Below are positions 26,834-34,971 of a stretch of 39,628 nucleotides of DNA, one piece after another. The DNA lies in contig JAKFBU010000055.1 in NCBI GenBank assembly GCA_036676985.1, positions 1-39,628 of the forward strand, in the 5' to 3' direction. Below the pieces are notes generated by a model. The model was not told the origin of the DNA and did not search any database. It saw only the letters and a list, made by a program, of their open reading frames with translations. The stretch is from Candidatus Sericytochromatia bacterium (lineage in GTDB: Bacteria > Cyanobacteriota > Sericytochromatia > S15B-MN24 > UBA4093). Numbering within the stretch: position 1 is the stretch's first letter; each line of letters starts with the position of its first letter. The position numbers and the translations under genes were made by a program.

Positions 26834-28305
26834 CCCGGCTGGCGCTCCACCACGCGGACGCCCACCTCGAAGAGGCGGTGCCACGGGAAGCGGGCCTCGA
26901 TGGTCGCGATCCGGATCCGGTGCACCAGCCGCGTCCACAGGGCCAGCATGCGCCCGGGCAGCTCCTGCTCCAGGGCGTCGATGGAGCGGCCCTTGGCCAA
27001 CTCCTCCTGCAGCTGCGGGCGCAGCTGGGACTGGTAGAGGATGTCGTCCGCGATCCGGTCGAGCATGTACTGGCGCTGGGCGGCCTCGTCGCGGGTCGCA
27101 GGATCGAGCCAGGCGCTCGCCTGGGCCACGACCGTGCCCAGGGTGTTGCCGGCCGTGTTCCACGCGGCGAACGCGCAGAGCCGCATGTGGTCCTTGAAGG
27201 CCCTAAAGAGCTCCGGGTCCCCGCCGTTGGCGTAGGCCACGTCCGCGAGCGCCGTGGGCATGAGCCCCTCGCTCAGGGTCCGCGCGAAGGGCCCGAGATC
27301 GCGGGGCGGGTGGTCCACCTTGTCGAGGTGGATCCGCAGGCACAGGTCGCCCTGGCCGGTGGAGGGCGTGTTCACCATGAGGAGCACGTCGGCCTCCTGC
27401 ATGCTGCCCACCACGCGGCCGCCCACGGCCTGGATCTGGCTTGCGACCGTGCGCTCGAGCGGCCGGTCCTCGTACATGGGCGTGATGGTCCCGCCGTAGG
27501 GCGTCGAGTAGCGCACGAAGAAGGCCGGGCTCTGGCGCTTCATCCGGTTCAGGTGTCGGCCGACGAGCACGCTCGCGACCTCGTCGGCGCCCGGGTAGAG
27601 GAGCACCCGGCTCGCGAGGTTGGCGGCGTTGACCTGCTCGACGAGCTTGCGCTGCTCCTTGACGTTGAGGCCGTAGCGGCTGGTGTCGTCCTGGGTCATG
27701 AGCAACAGGTCGAAGAGGTTGCGGCGCGTCCACTCCACCATCATCTGGTTGATCGCGAAGTTGCGCTCGCGCGTCTCCATGTAGTCCGAGAGGATCTCGA
27801 AGGGGATCTCCCCCTTGGCGTCGAGGGCCTTCTGGAGGTCGACGGCGTCCCCGTGCTGCTCGTACTTGTCCTGGTGGAACGAGTAGGTGTAGATGAGCTT
27901 GCCGTACTGGGCCCAGTACGGCTTCTCCTCCTCGACGGCGGCCTCCGCCGAGAGGCGCATGGTGACCGAGAAGCCGTAGATGGGCAGGCTCGGCCGGGCC
28001 TCCTTGATCTTCACCAGGCCCGCCAGGCGCTGCTGGATCGCCGCAAGGGGCGTGTCGCTCTGGCGGCTCGGGATGAGCCCGCCGTAGCCCAGGGTGTCCA
28101 CCGAGACGATGAGGGCCTCGGCCTCCGGGGCCCGCTCGGCGATCCACCGTAAAAGTCCCTCGCAGTCGGCGGGGCGCTCGAGGTTGCCCATCAGCTCCAC
28201 AGGGGGGCACTCGACCGGGACCGAGGCGATCGCCCCGATCTGGCGTGGCAGGTGGTACGTGACGGGACGATCGTCGAGGGGAACGAGCAACAGGCTTCCA
28301 GACAT
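26776..28305 (-). CDS. DUF4127 family protein
   Basis: LLVPLDDRP, SVDTLGYGGLIPSR, QDD, YPGADEV, ADVAYANGGD and AAWNTAGNTLG motifs. Confidence 0.9.
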   Translation of the reverse strand: MSGSLLLVPLDDRPVTYHLPRQIGAIASVPVECPPVELMGNLERPADCEGLLRWIAERAPEAEALIVSVDTLGYGGLIPSRQSDTPLAAIQQRLAGLVKIKEARPSLPIYGFSVTMRLSAEAAVEEEKPYWAQYGKLIYTYSFHQDKYEQHGDAVDLQKALDAKGEIPFEILSDYMETRERNFAINQMMVEWTRRNLFDLLLMTQDDTSRYGLNVKEQRKLVEQVNAANLASRVLLYPGADEVASVLVGRHLNRMKRQSPAFFVRYSTPYGGTITPMYEDRPLERTVASQIQAVGGRVVGSMQEADVLLMVNTPSTGQGDLCLRIHLDKVDHPPRDLGPFARTLSEGLMPTALADVAYANGGDPELFRAFKDHMRLCAFAAWNTAGNTLGTVVAQASAWLDPATRDEAAQRQYMLDRIADDILYQSQLRPQLQEELAKGRSIDALEQELPGRMLALWTRLVHRIRIATIEARFPWHRLFEVGVRVVERQPGDEAALDPADEASDPHPAV

Positions 28306-28380
28306 CAGCGGGCACTCCTCGGAAGGGGGATCCGATCCATTGTACGGGGATGACGGGGTTTTATTGGGCACAATCGACCG

Positions 28381-28409
28381 ATGACACCCGCTTCATAAAA
28401 CTTTATAAT
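28381..28409 (+). promoter_or_regulatory. Sigma70-type promoter of spoVS
   Basis: ATGACA-N17-TATAAT. Confidence 0.7.
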
Positions 28410-28539
28410 TCCCTCACAAGCGGCAGATCGCCGCAGTCGGCGGATCGCAGCCGGGTTCGGGCGGGATCGAACCCGCATGCGCCCGCCGGATGAACAGAGC
28501 CCGGACGGGTCCGGCTCTGCACATGAGGAGGGAACGTCG

Positions 28540-28830
28540 GTGATCACTAATGCAACCAAAACTGGTCCTACGCTACTCAAGGTGTCGTCCAAGTCCAACC
28601 CGGCGTCGGTCGCAGGGGCGATCGCTGGCATGATCCGCGAGACGGGTCGGTGCGAGGTCCAGGCCATCGGGGCCGGGGCCGTGAACCAGACCGTCAAGGC
28701 GATCGGCATCGCCCGCGGATACGTGGCGCCAGGCGGCATCGACCTGGTCGCGATCCCGGCCTTCCTCGACATCGAGGTGCAGGGCGAAGAACGCACGGCC
28801 ATCCGGTTCATCATCGAGCCTAGGACCTAG
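28540..28830 (+). CDS. spoVS: Stage V sporulation protein S family (Alba-like fold)
   Basis: LKVSSKSNPASVAGAIAGMIR..EVQAIGAGAVNQTVKAIGIARGY..EERTAIRFIIEPR; GTG after GAGGAGG. Confidence 0.95.
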   Translation: MITNATKTGPTLLKVSSKSNPASVAGAIAGMIRETGRCEVQAIGAGAVNQTVKAIGIARGYVAPGGIDLVAIPAFLDIEVQGEERTAIRFIIEPRT

Positions 28831-28831
28831 G

Positions 28832-29674
28832 CTAGTCCCAGTCTTGGCCGCACTCCGTCCGGACTCCCCACTGGAGCTTGCGCCGGAGGGCGGTGAAGAA
28901 GTCTTGCTCGGCGAGGCGAACGAGCTTCGCCGAGTAGGCGCTGCGCCGGAAGGTCATCTCGTCGCCCGTCCGTAACAGGCCCACCGTGTGGCCGTCGGCG
29001 GCGACGAGGGCCCCTTCCGCGCGGTCCATGACCACGATGCGCACCGTCTTCTGGTCCGAGACGACCAGGGGGCGGGCCGTCAGCATGTGGGGACAGATGG
29101 GCGTGAGCAGGAAGGCGGGCACGTCGGGGGCCATGATGGGGCCGCCCGCCGCCATGCTGTAGGCCGTCGAGCCCGTGGGCGTCGAGACGATGATGCCGTC
29201 CGCGCCGTAGGTCGCCACGTGGGAGTGGTCCGCGTAGAGGGCCATCTCCAGCATGCGGCCGGAGGCGCCCTTGAGGACCACGCCCTCGTTGAGCGCGAGG
29301 TCGGAGGCGACGAGCTCTCCGTCCCGGTAGAGCGCGACCTCGAGCAAGAGGCGGTCCTCGACCTGGTAGTCCCCGCCGAGCAGACGCTCGATGGCCACCG
29401 CCAGGTCCCCGTAGGAGACCTCCGCGAGGAAGCCCAGGGTCCCCAGGTCCACGCCCAGGATGGGCGTCTCGCGCTGAGCGACCATGCGCGCCGCCCGCAA
29501 GAAGGTGCCGTCCCCGCCGAGCACCACCACGGCGTCCACCGGCGGCAGGCTGGGATGGTCGCCGGAGACGACCACCGAGCGGCCGCCCAGGCTCTCGATC
29601 GTCTCCCGGACCTGGCCGACGAGCGCCTGGATCTGGGGCTTGGAGTCGTTGTAGACCACGCCGATCGGCTTCAT
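28832..29674 (-). CDS. nadK: NAD(+) kinase
   Basis: [17 protein letters not shown] and [21 protein letters not shown]; ATGA overlap with tlyA. Confidence 0.96.
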   Translation of the reverse strand: MKPIGVVYNDSKPQIQALVGQVRETIESLGGRSVVVSGDHPSLPPVDAVVVLGGDGTFLRAARMVAQRETPILGVDLGTLGFLAEVSYGDLAVAIERLLGGDYQVEDRLLLEVALYRDGELVASDLALNEGVVLKGASGRMLEMALYADHSHVATYGADGIIVSTPTGSTAYSMAAGGPIMAPDVPAFLLTPICPHMLTARPLVVSDQKTVRIVVMDRAEGALVAADGHTVGLLRTGDEMTFRRSAYSAKLVRLAEQDFFTALRRKLQWGVRTECGQDWD

Positions 29675-30471
29675 GCGGAGAGCTCCCGGTGCGCCCGCTC
29701 CACGGCCTCGGCGTAGCCCGGCGGCGCCGCCTCGGGCGGAACCCGGCGCCAGTAGGCAAGGAACTCGATGTTGCCCTCGGGCCCCTTGATGGGCGAGTGC
29801 GTGAGCCCCCACAGGTGATAGCCGAGCTCGCTGGCCGCCGCGTCCACCTCTTTGAGCACCCGCTCGTGGGTCTTGGCGTCGCGGACCACTCCGCCCTTGC
29901 CCACGTGCTCGCGCCCCGCCTCGAACTGCGGCTTGACGAGCGCCACCACGTCGCCCGTCGGCGCCAGCAATCGCGCGACGGCAGGCAGGACCTTGGCGAG
30001 CCCGATGAAGGAGACGTCGATGACGGCCAGATCCGGCGTCTCGCCCTCGAGCGACTCCAGGTGGCGGACGTTGGTGCGCTCCATGACCCGGACCCGGGGG
30101 TCCTGGCGCAGGGCCCAGGCGAGCTGGCCGTAGCCCACGTCCACCGCGTAGACGAAGCGGGCGCCGTTCCGCAAGAGCACGTCCGTGAAGCCCCCGGTGG
30201 AGGCGCCCACGTCCAAAGCGACCCGGCCCTCGACCGGGATGCCGAAGGCCTCGAGGGCCCGCTCGAGCTTGTGGCCGCCGCGGCTCACGTAGCTGGAGGC
30301 CGGCGCCTGGATGTCGATGGGCAGGGTGGGGTCGACGCCCATGCCGGCCTTGGTGGCGGGCTGCCCGCCCACCTTGACGAGCCCGGCCAGGATGGCGCGC
30401 TGGGCCTGCTCGCGCGAGCCGAAGTGGCCCAGGCTGACCAGCAAGGTATCCAGGCGCTCTTTCTTGGCCAT
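29671..30471 (-). CDS. tlyA: TlyA family rRNA 2'-O-methyltransferase
   Basis: S4 domain [39 protein letters not shown] and SPIKG..GNIEF. Confidence 0.96.
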   Translation of the reverse strand: MAKKERLDTLLVSLGHFGSREQAQRAILAGLVKVGGQPATKAGMGVDPTLPIDIQAPASSYVSRGGHKLERALEAFGIPVEGRVALDVGASTGGFTDVLLRNGARFVYAVDVGYGQLAWALRQDPRVRVMERTNVRHLESLEGETPDLAVIDVSFIGLAKVLPAVARLLAPTGDVVALVKPQFEAGREHVGKGGVVRDAKTHERVLKEVDAAASELGYHLWGLTHSPIKGPEGNIEFLAYWRRVPPEAAPPGYAEAVERAHRELSA

Positions 30472-30915
30472 CTAGATCACGGCGTTCAGGGCGTTGATCG
30501 CAAAGGCGACCGCCACGCCCAGGATGGCCCCACCGATGACCTCGCGCGGGGTGTGGCCCAACAGCTCCTTGAGGTGGCTCTCCTTGAAGGACAAGGAGTG
30601 TTGCAGGTCCTCGACGATCTTGTTGAGGACCCGCGCCTGGCGACCCGCGGCCTGGCGGACGCCCGCCGCGTCGTACATGACGATGAAGGCGAAGACCAGG
30701 CTCACGTCGAAGATCGGCGAGTGCACCCCCTCGAGGATGCCCACGGTGGTCGTCAGGCCCACGACGAGCGCCGTGTGCGAGCTCGGCATGCCGCCGGTGG
30801 TGACGAGCGTGCGGATATCGATCTTGCGGTTCTTGACCAGCACGGTGACGAACTTGATGAGCTGGGCGAGGGTCAGGCCGACCACACCCGCCACGAGGGC
30901 CTGGTTCTGGATCAA
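30472..30915 (-). CDS. Divergent PAP2 family protein (DUF212)
   Basis: AQLIK, TGGMPSSH, VMYDAAGVRQAAG and LKELLGHTPREV; TTG start overlapping the ispA stop. Confidence 0.92.
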   Translation of the reverse strand: MIQNQALVAGVVGLTLAQLIKFVTVLVKNRKIDIRTLVTTGGMPSSHTALVVGLTTTVGILEGVHSPIFDVSLVFAFIVMYDAAGVRQAAGRQARVLNKIVEDLQHSLSFKESHLKELLGHTPREVIGGAILGVAVAFAINALNAVI

Positions 30916-31808
30916 TGGGTACGCTCCGTGACGAACCGGGCGATCGCCCGGAGGGGGTCGGCGGCCGAGCCGAGCGGGACGAGGGCCTGCATGGCGATCG
31001 CCACCTGGCGATCGGCCTCGGCCCGCGCGGCCGCCATGCCGTAGAGGGCGGGGTAGGTCGCCTTGGAGACGGCCACGTCCTTGCCGGGGTTCTTGCCCAG
31101 GGCCTCGGCCGTGCCCGTCAGGTCCAAGAGGTCGTCGACGATCTGGAAGGCGAGGCCGAGGGCCTCGGCGTAGCGGGTCAGGGCGTCCATGGTGGCGGCG
31201 TCGGCCTCGGCCGCATGCGCCCCGAGGCGCGCGGCCACCCGCAGGAGCTGGCCCGTCTTGTGGCGGTGGATGAACTCGAGGGTGGCAGCGTCGATGGGCT
31301 TGCCCTCGCTCCGGATGTCCACCACCTGGCCCGCGACCATGCCGAGCGTCGCCTTCGCCAGATCGGCCAGGGCGAGCACCGTCCGCTCGTGGGAGGCATG
31401 CTTGGGCATGGCCTCGGCGAGCACCTCGAAGGCATAGGCCAAGAGGCCGTCTCCCGCCAAGAGGGCGAGGGCCTCGCCATAGACGACGTGGTTGGTCGGG
31501 CGGCCCCGGCGCAGGGTGTCGTCGTCCATGCAGGGCAGGTCGTCGTGGATCAGGCTCTGGGTGTGGATCAGCTCCAGGGCGCAGGCGGCGCCGACGGCCG
31601 CCTCGAGCGTGCCGCCCGCCGCCTCGCAGCTCGCGATGGTGAGGATCGGGCGCAGCCGCTTGCCGCCCGCGAGCACGCTGTAGGCCATGGACTCCCAGAG
31701 GGCGGCGGGCTCGCGCGTGGCGACGAGCTCCTCGAGCGTACGCTGGACGCGGGCGTTGCGCGCCTCCCAGTAGGCGTCGAGGGAAAAGGGTTTGAGGGCC
31801 GGGTCCAC
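30912..31808 (-). CDS. ispA: Polyprenyl (farnesyl/geranylgeranyl) diphosphate synthase
   Basis: GGKRLRP, SLIHDDLPCMDDDTLRRG (FARM), GQVVD, HKTG and FQIVDDLLD (SARM). Confidence 0.95.
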   Translation of the reverse strand: MDPALKPFSLDAYWEARNARVQRTLEELVATREPAALWESMAYSVLAGGKRLRPILTIASCEAAGGTLEAAVGAACALELIHTQSLIHDDLPCMDDDTLRRGRPTNHVVYGEALALLAGDGLLAYAFEVLAEAMPKHASHERTVLALADLAKATLGMVAGQVVDIRSEGKPIDAATLEFIHRHKTGQLLRVAARLGAHAAEADAATMDALTRYAEALGLAFQIVDDLLDLTGTAEALGKNPGKDVAVSKATYPALYGMAAARAEADRQVAIAMQALVPLGSAADPLRAIARFVTERTH

Positions 31809-31849
31809 CGTGGTTCGTCCTTTGCTTGCGGCGCGGGCAGGGCGGCCTC

Positions 31850-31900
31850 ATTATACCCCACGCCCCGGCGTCTCGGGGGCGGACGGCGGCATGGTAGAAT
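31850..31900. promoter_or_regulatory. Divergent -10 elements for ispA (minus) and the beta-barrel gene (plus)
   Basis: TATAAT on minus at 31850-31855; extended TGGTAGAAT on plus at 31892-31900. Confidence 0.5.
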
Positions 31901-31959
31901 CCCTTAACTCTTGGTTGCTAAGGGTTGTCGCTTCCCCCGTTCGATTAGAGGAAACAGCC

Positions 31960-32907
31960 GTGAAACAGCACCACCTCCTGTCCGCGAGCCTGGTGGCCCT
32001 GAGCGTCGTCATCGCCGGCCCGGCACTCGCCCAGATGAAGACCTCGAACCCCAAGCCCGCCGCCACGCCCACCCCCGCGCCCGGCACGGCCGCGGCCACG
32101 CCCAGCGTGACGCCCGCCCCCATGCGCACCACCGACCGGGTGGTCGAGCAGGAAGAGCGCGCGCCCATCGGCCTCAAGGTCTTCGGCGCCTACGACTTCA
32201 TGGGCAGCGTTTCCAACGGCGGCTTCGTGCCAGCGACCACCCAGGCCCCCGGCGTCACCGCCCCGGCCCTCGCCCAGGCCTCGCCCTCGGTGGGTGCTTC
32301 GGGCTACGCCTTCGGCGCCGAGTACGAGCTGCCGGTCATCGCCGTTGGCGCCAAGTACCAGGCCTTCGGCTTCGGCTCGCCCATCACGGCCGCCATCAAC
32401 AACCCGCCCACGGGCGTCACCCAGACCACCGCACCCAACTTCGACGTCTTCCTGCCCCAGAACTACTGGGAGCTCTACGGCAAGCTCGGTCCCCTCAAGG
32501 TCGGCTACCGCAACGAGAACTATGCCGGGACGGGCTTCGGCGGCAGCTACGGCAACCTGATGGGCGGCCTCCAGTTCGGCTTCGGCATCGACCCCATCAG
32601 CCTCAACTTCGGCGCCATGGGCGGCTACAACCTGTCCAAGCCCTCGACCCTGCCCGCCAACGTCACGCACATGCCCGTCGAGGGCGACGTGAACCTCGCG
32701 GTGGACTTCGGCCTCCTCAAGGCCAAGGTCGGCTACAAGGCCCTGGCCGTCGCCAACGCGGACGCGGCCACGCTCATGACCGCCCTCACCAACCCGGCGT
32801 CGTTGGCGGCACCCGGCGGCGCCACCCAGGCGCAGCTCGACGCCCTCTACGCGACCCGCTTCGGCCTCTACACCGGGCCGTACCTCGGCCTCGCGGTCGG
32901 CTTCTAG
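31960..32907 (+). CDS. Putative outer-membrane beta-barrel protein
   Basis: GTG after GAGG; signal peptide ALA-Q, Pro/Thr/Ala linker, alternating beta-strands, C-terminal GPYLGLAVGF beta-signal. Confidence 0.75.
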   Translation: MKQHHLLSASLVALSVVIAGPALAQMKTSNPKPAATPTPAPGTAAATPSVTPAPMRTTDRVVEQEERAPIGLKVFGAYDFMGSVSNGGFVPATTQAPGVTAPALAQASPSVGASGYAFGAEYELPVIAVGAKYQAFGFGSPITAAINNPPTGVTQTTAPNFDVFLPQNYWELYGKLGPLKVGYRNENYAGTGFGGSYGNLMGGLQFGFGIDPISLNFGAMGGYNLSKPSTLPANVTHMPVEGDVNLAVDFGLLKAKVGYKALAVANADAATLMTALTNPASLAAPGGATQAQLDALYATRFGLYTGPYLGLAVGF

Positions 32908-32918
32908 GCCCATTCCCG

Positions 32919-32954
32919 ACCGGGGGCTCCCCTGGGGGGCCCCCGGTTTCTTTC
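32919..32954 (+). terminator. Intrinsic terminator after the beta-barrel gene
   Basis: ACCGGGGGCTCCCC-TG-GGGGGCCCCCGGT stem then TTTCTTTC. Confidence 0.75.
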
Positions 32955-32974
32955 CTAACCATTAGGAGGCAACC

Positions 32975-34879
32975 ATGCTCAGAGCGCCTGACAAAACTGT
33001 TCCTTCGAGCCGCCGGAAGGCGGCCCATGACAACACATGCCTGGTTTTGTCAGGTGCTCTGATGCGCCTTGCGACCTGCGGCCTCGTCGCCATGACGGTC
33101 CTCGTCGCCGCGCCGTCCGCGCTGGCCTTCACGCCGGTCAGCGAGCTCAAGGACGTCAGCCCCGATCACTGGGCCTACAACGCCATCAAGGCCCTGGTCG
33201 AGAAGTACCAGGTCATGGAGGGGTTCCCGGACAACACCTTCCGCGGCGCGCGCACCATCTCCCGCTACGAGGCCGCCGCGGCCCTCGCCAAGGTCATGGC
33301 CCGGGTCGAGGAGATGGTGGCCGCCGCGACCGGCGAGACGCCGCAGCCGACCCGCATCCAGCCGAGCGTCAGCCCCGACGACCTGCGCACCATCGCACGC
33401 CTCCAGCAGGAGTTCAAGGACGAGCTGACGGGCCTCAAGGCCCGGGTCGACACCCAGGATGCCCGCCTCTCGGCCCTCGAGAAGCGCATCCGGCTCGGCG
33501 GCTCCCTGGACGCCCTCCTGCGCACCTACACGGCCCAGCCCGTCAACCAGGCCAACGAGCGCGAGGACCTGCGCATCGCGACCAACCTCACGCTCGACGC
33601 CAACGTGAGCCCCGAGCTGAGCTACCGCGGACAGCTCTCCGTCTTCAACAGCGGCGCGCACCGCTTCGCGAACGGGCACCTGTCGACCGAGGGCGGTCGA
33701 CCCGAGTTCGATGCCCCGGGCGACGTCGGCACGCCCCTCTACGTGCGGCGCTCCTACTTCTCGTGGACGCCCTCGGGCCTCGGCGTGCACGTGGGCATGA
33801 TGACCTTCTCGGACACCCTGCGCATCGGCTCGACCCTGCGCAACGAGTTCCGCACCGGCCCCGTCTGGCCCCATGCCGAGGGGGGCTACGGCTTCGTGGG
33901 CACCCCGCCGCTGCAGCCGCCCGCCCAGCCCAGCACCACCGAGACGGGCAACCTCGTGCTCGCTCCGGCCTCGCCGACCGCCCGCAGCCTGCCCACCATG
34001 CCGGGCCGGGTCCGCTGGAACCCGGGCGTCAACGTCGCCGAGGACCTCCTGGACCCCAACTCGGTCTGGGCCGTCAACACGGGCGCGGCTCCGAGTGCCG
34101 TGGTCAACGGCTTTTTGGGACCCGTGGAGCTCGGCGTCGGCCTCAACTACGGCACGCCGGGCGCTTCGAGCGAGCTGGCCCTCACCGACCAGCCGCGCAC
34201 CTTCCCCTTGATCAGCGAGTTCTACCGGGGCTACGCCCTCGGCAAGGTCGGCCTGGACCTGGGCATCGTGCGCTGGGGCGCCTACCTGCGCTCCGACTCC
34301 TCGGCCCTGCGCAGCGGGACGGGCCTCCTGAGCTCCGGGCGGGGCTACGGCACCACCCTGGACGTCGGTTCGGACGCCCTGGGCCTGAGCCTCGGCCATG
34401 CCGAGTTCATGCGCCGCGACTACGACCCCAACTACTACGCCGAGACCTCCGGCTTCGTGGTGAGCAACAGCCTGTTCGGCACGGGCATCGGGATCGGCAT
34501 CGGCGCCAAGGTCGGCAACTCGCCGGGGGCGGACTTCGCGGGCCTCATCCCGGTCTTGGCCTACGACTGGACGTCCACCGGCGCCTACGTGAAGCTGCCG
34601 GGCTTCTCGGTCATCCCCTCCTTGACGCTGGCCGCGCAGACCTCCGGGCGAGACTTGCTGACGGCGGACTACGGCTCGGGCCTCTCGGTGATCGCCGAGC
34701 TGCAGATCTCGCCGAGCCTGCCGTCGTTGCTCATCGAGTACGACATGGGCCGCTTCTACGGCAGCCCGAGCACGCCCGCGCCGAGCGGCCAGACGCCCGC
34801 CACGGCCAACCAGCTCATCGGCGGGGCCAACTACCCCACCCACGAGCAGCTCGTCATCGGGACGACCGTTCAGTTCTAG
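32975..34879 (+). CDS. SLH-domain outer-membrane porin (cyanobacterial SomA / SlpA-like architecture)
   Basis: AGGAGG SD; LKDVSPDHWAYNAIKALVEKY..GFPDNTFRG.RTISRYEAAA SLH domain; coiled coil LQQEFKDEL; beta-rich C-terminus ending in F. Confidence 0.88.
   Translation: MLRAPDKTVPSSRRKAAHDNTCLVLSGALMRLATCGLVAMTVLVAAPSALAFTPVSELKDVSPDHWAYNAIKALVEKYQVMEGFPDNTFRGARTISRYEAAAALAKVMARVEEMVAAATGETPQPTRIQPSVSPDDLRTIARLQQEFKDELTGLKARVDTQDARLSALEKRIRLGGSLDALLRTYTAQPVNQANEREDLRIATNLTLDANVSPELSYRGQLSVFNSGAHRFANGHLSTEGGRPEFDAPGDVGTPLYVRRSYFSWTPSGLGVHVGMMTFSDTLRIGSTLRNEFRTGPVWPHAEGGYGFVGTPPLQPPAQPSTTETGNLVLAPASPTARSLPTMPGRVRWNPGVNVAEDLLDPNSVWAVNTGAAPSAVVNGFLGPVELGVGLNYGTPGASSELALTDQPRTFPLISEFYRGYALGKVGLDLGIVRWGAYLRSDSSALRSGTGLLSSGRGYGTTLDVGSDALGLSLGHAEFMRRDYDPNYYAETSGFVVSNSLFGTGIGIGIGAKVGNSPGADFAGLIPVLAYDWTSTGAYVKLPGFSVIPSLTLAAQTSGRDLLTADYGSGLSVIAELQISPSLPSLLIEYDMGRFYGSPSTPAPSGQTPATANQLIGGANYPTHEQLVIGTTVQF
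32979..33062. mobile_element. 84-nt palindromic element, copy B, in frame within the porin signal peptide
   Basis: TCAGAGCGCCTGACAAAAC...GTTTTGTCAGGTGCTCTGA; same length and conserved loops as copy A. Confidence 0.75.
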
Positions 34880-34971
34880 CCCGGCAAGAACCCTCGGCTA
34901 CTTTGCCGAATCCCTGCCCCCCTTCCGCCCCCTAAGCTGTTGCTTGGGATGTCAGGGAGGGGGGCTCATTC

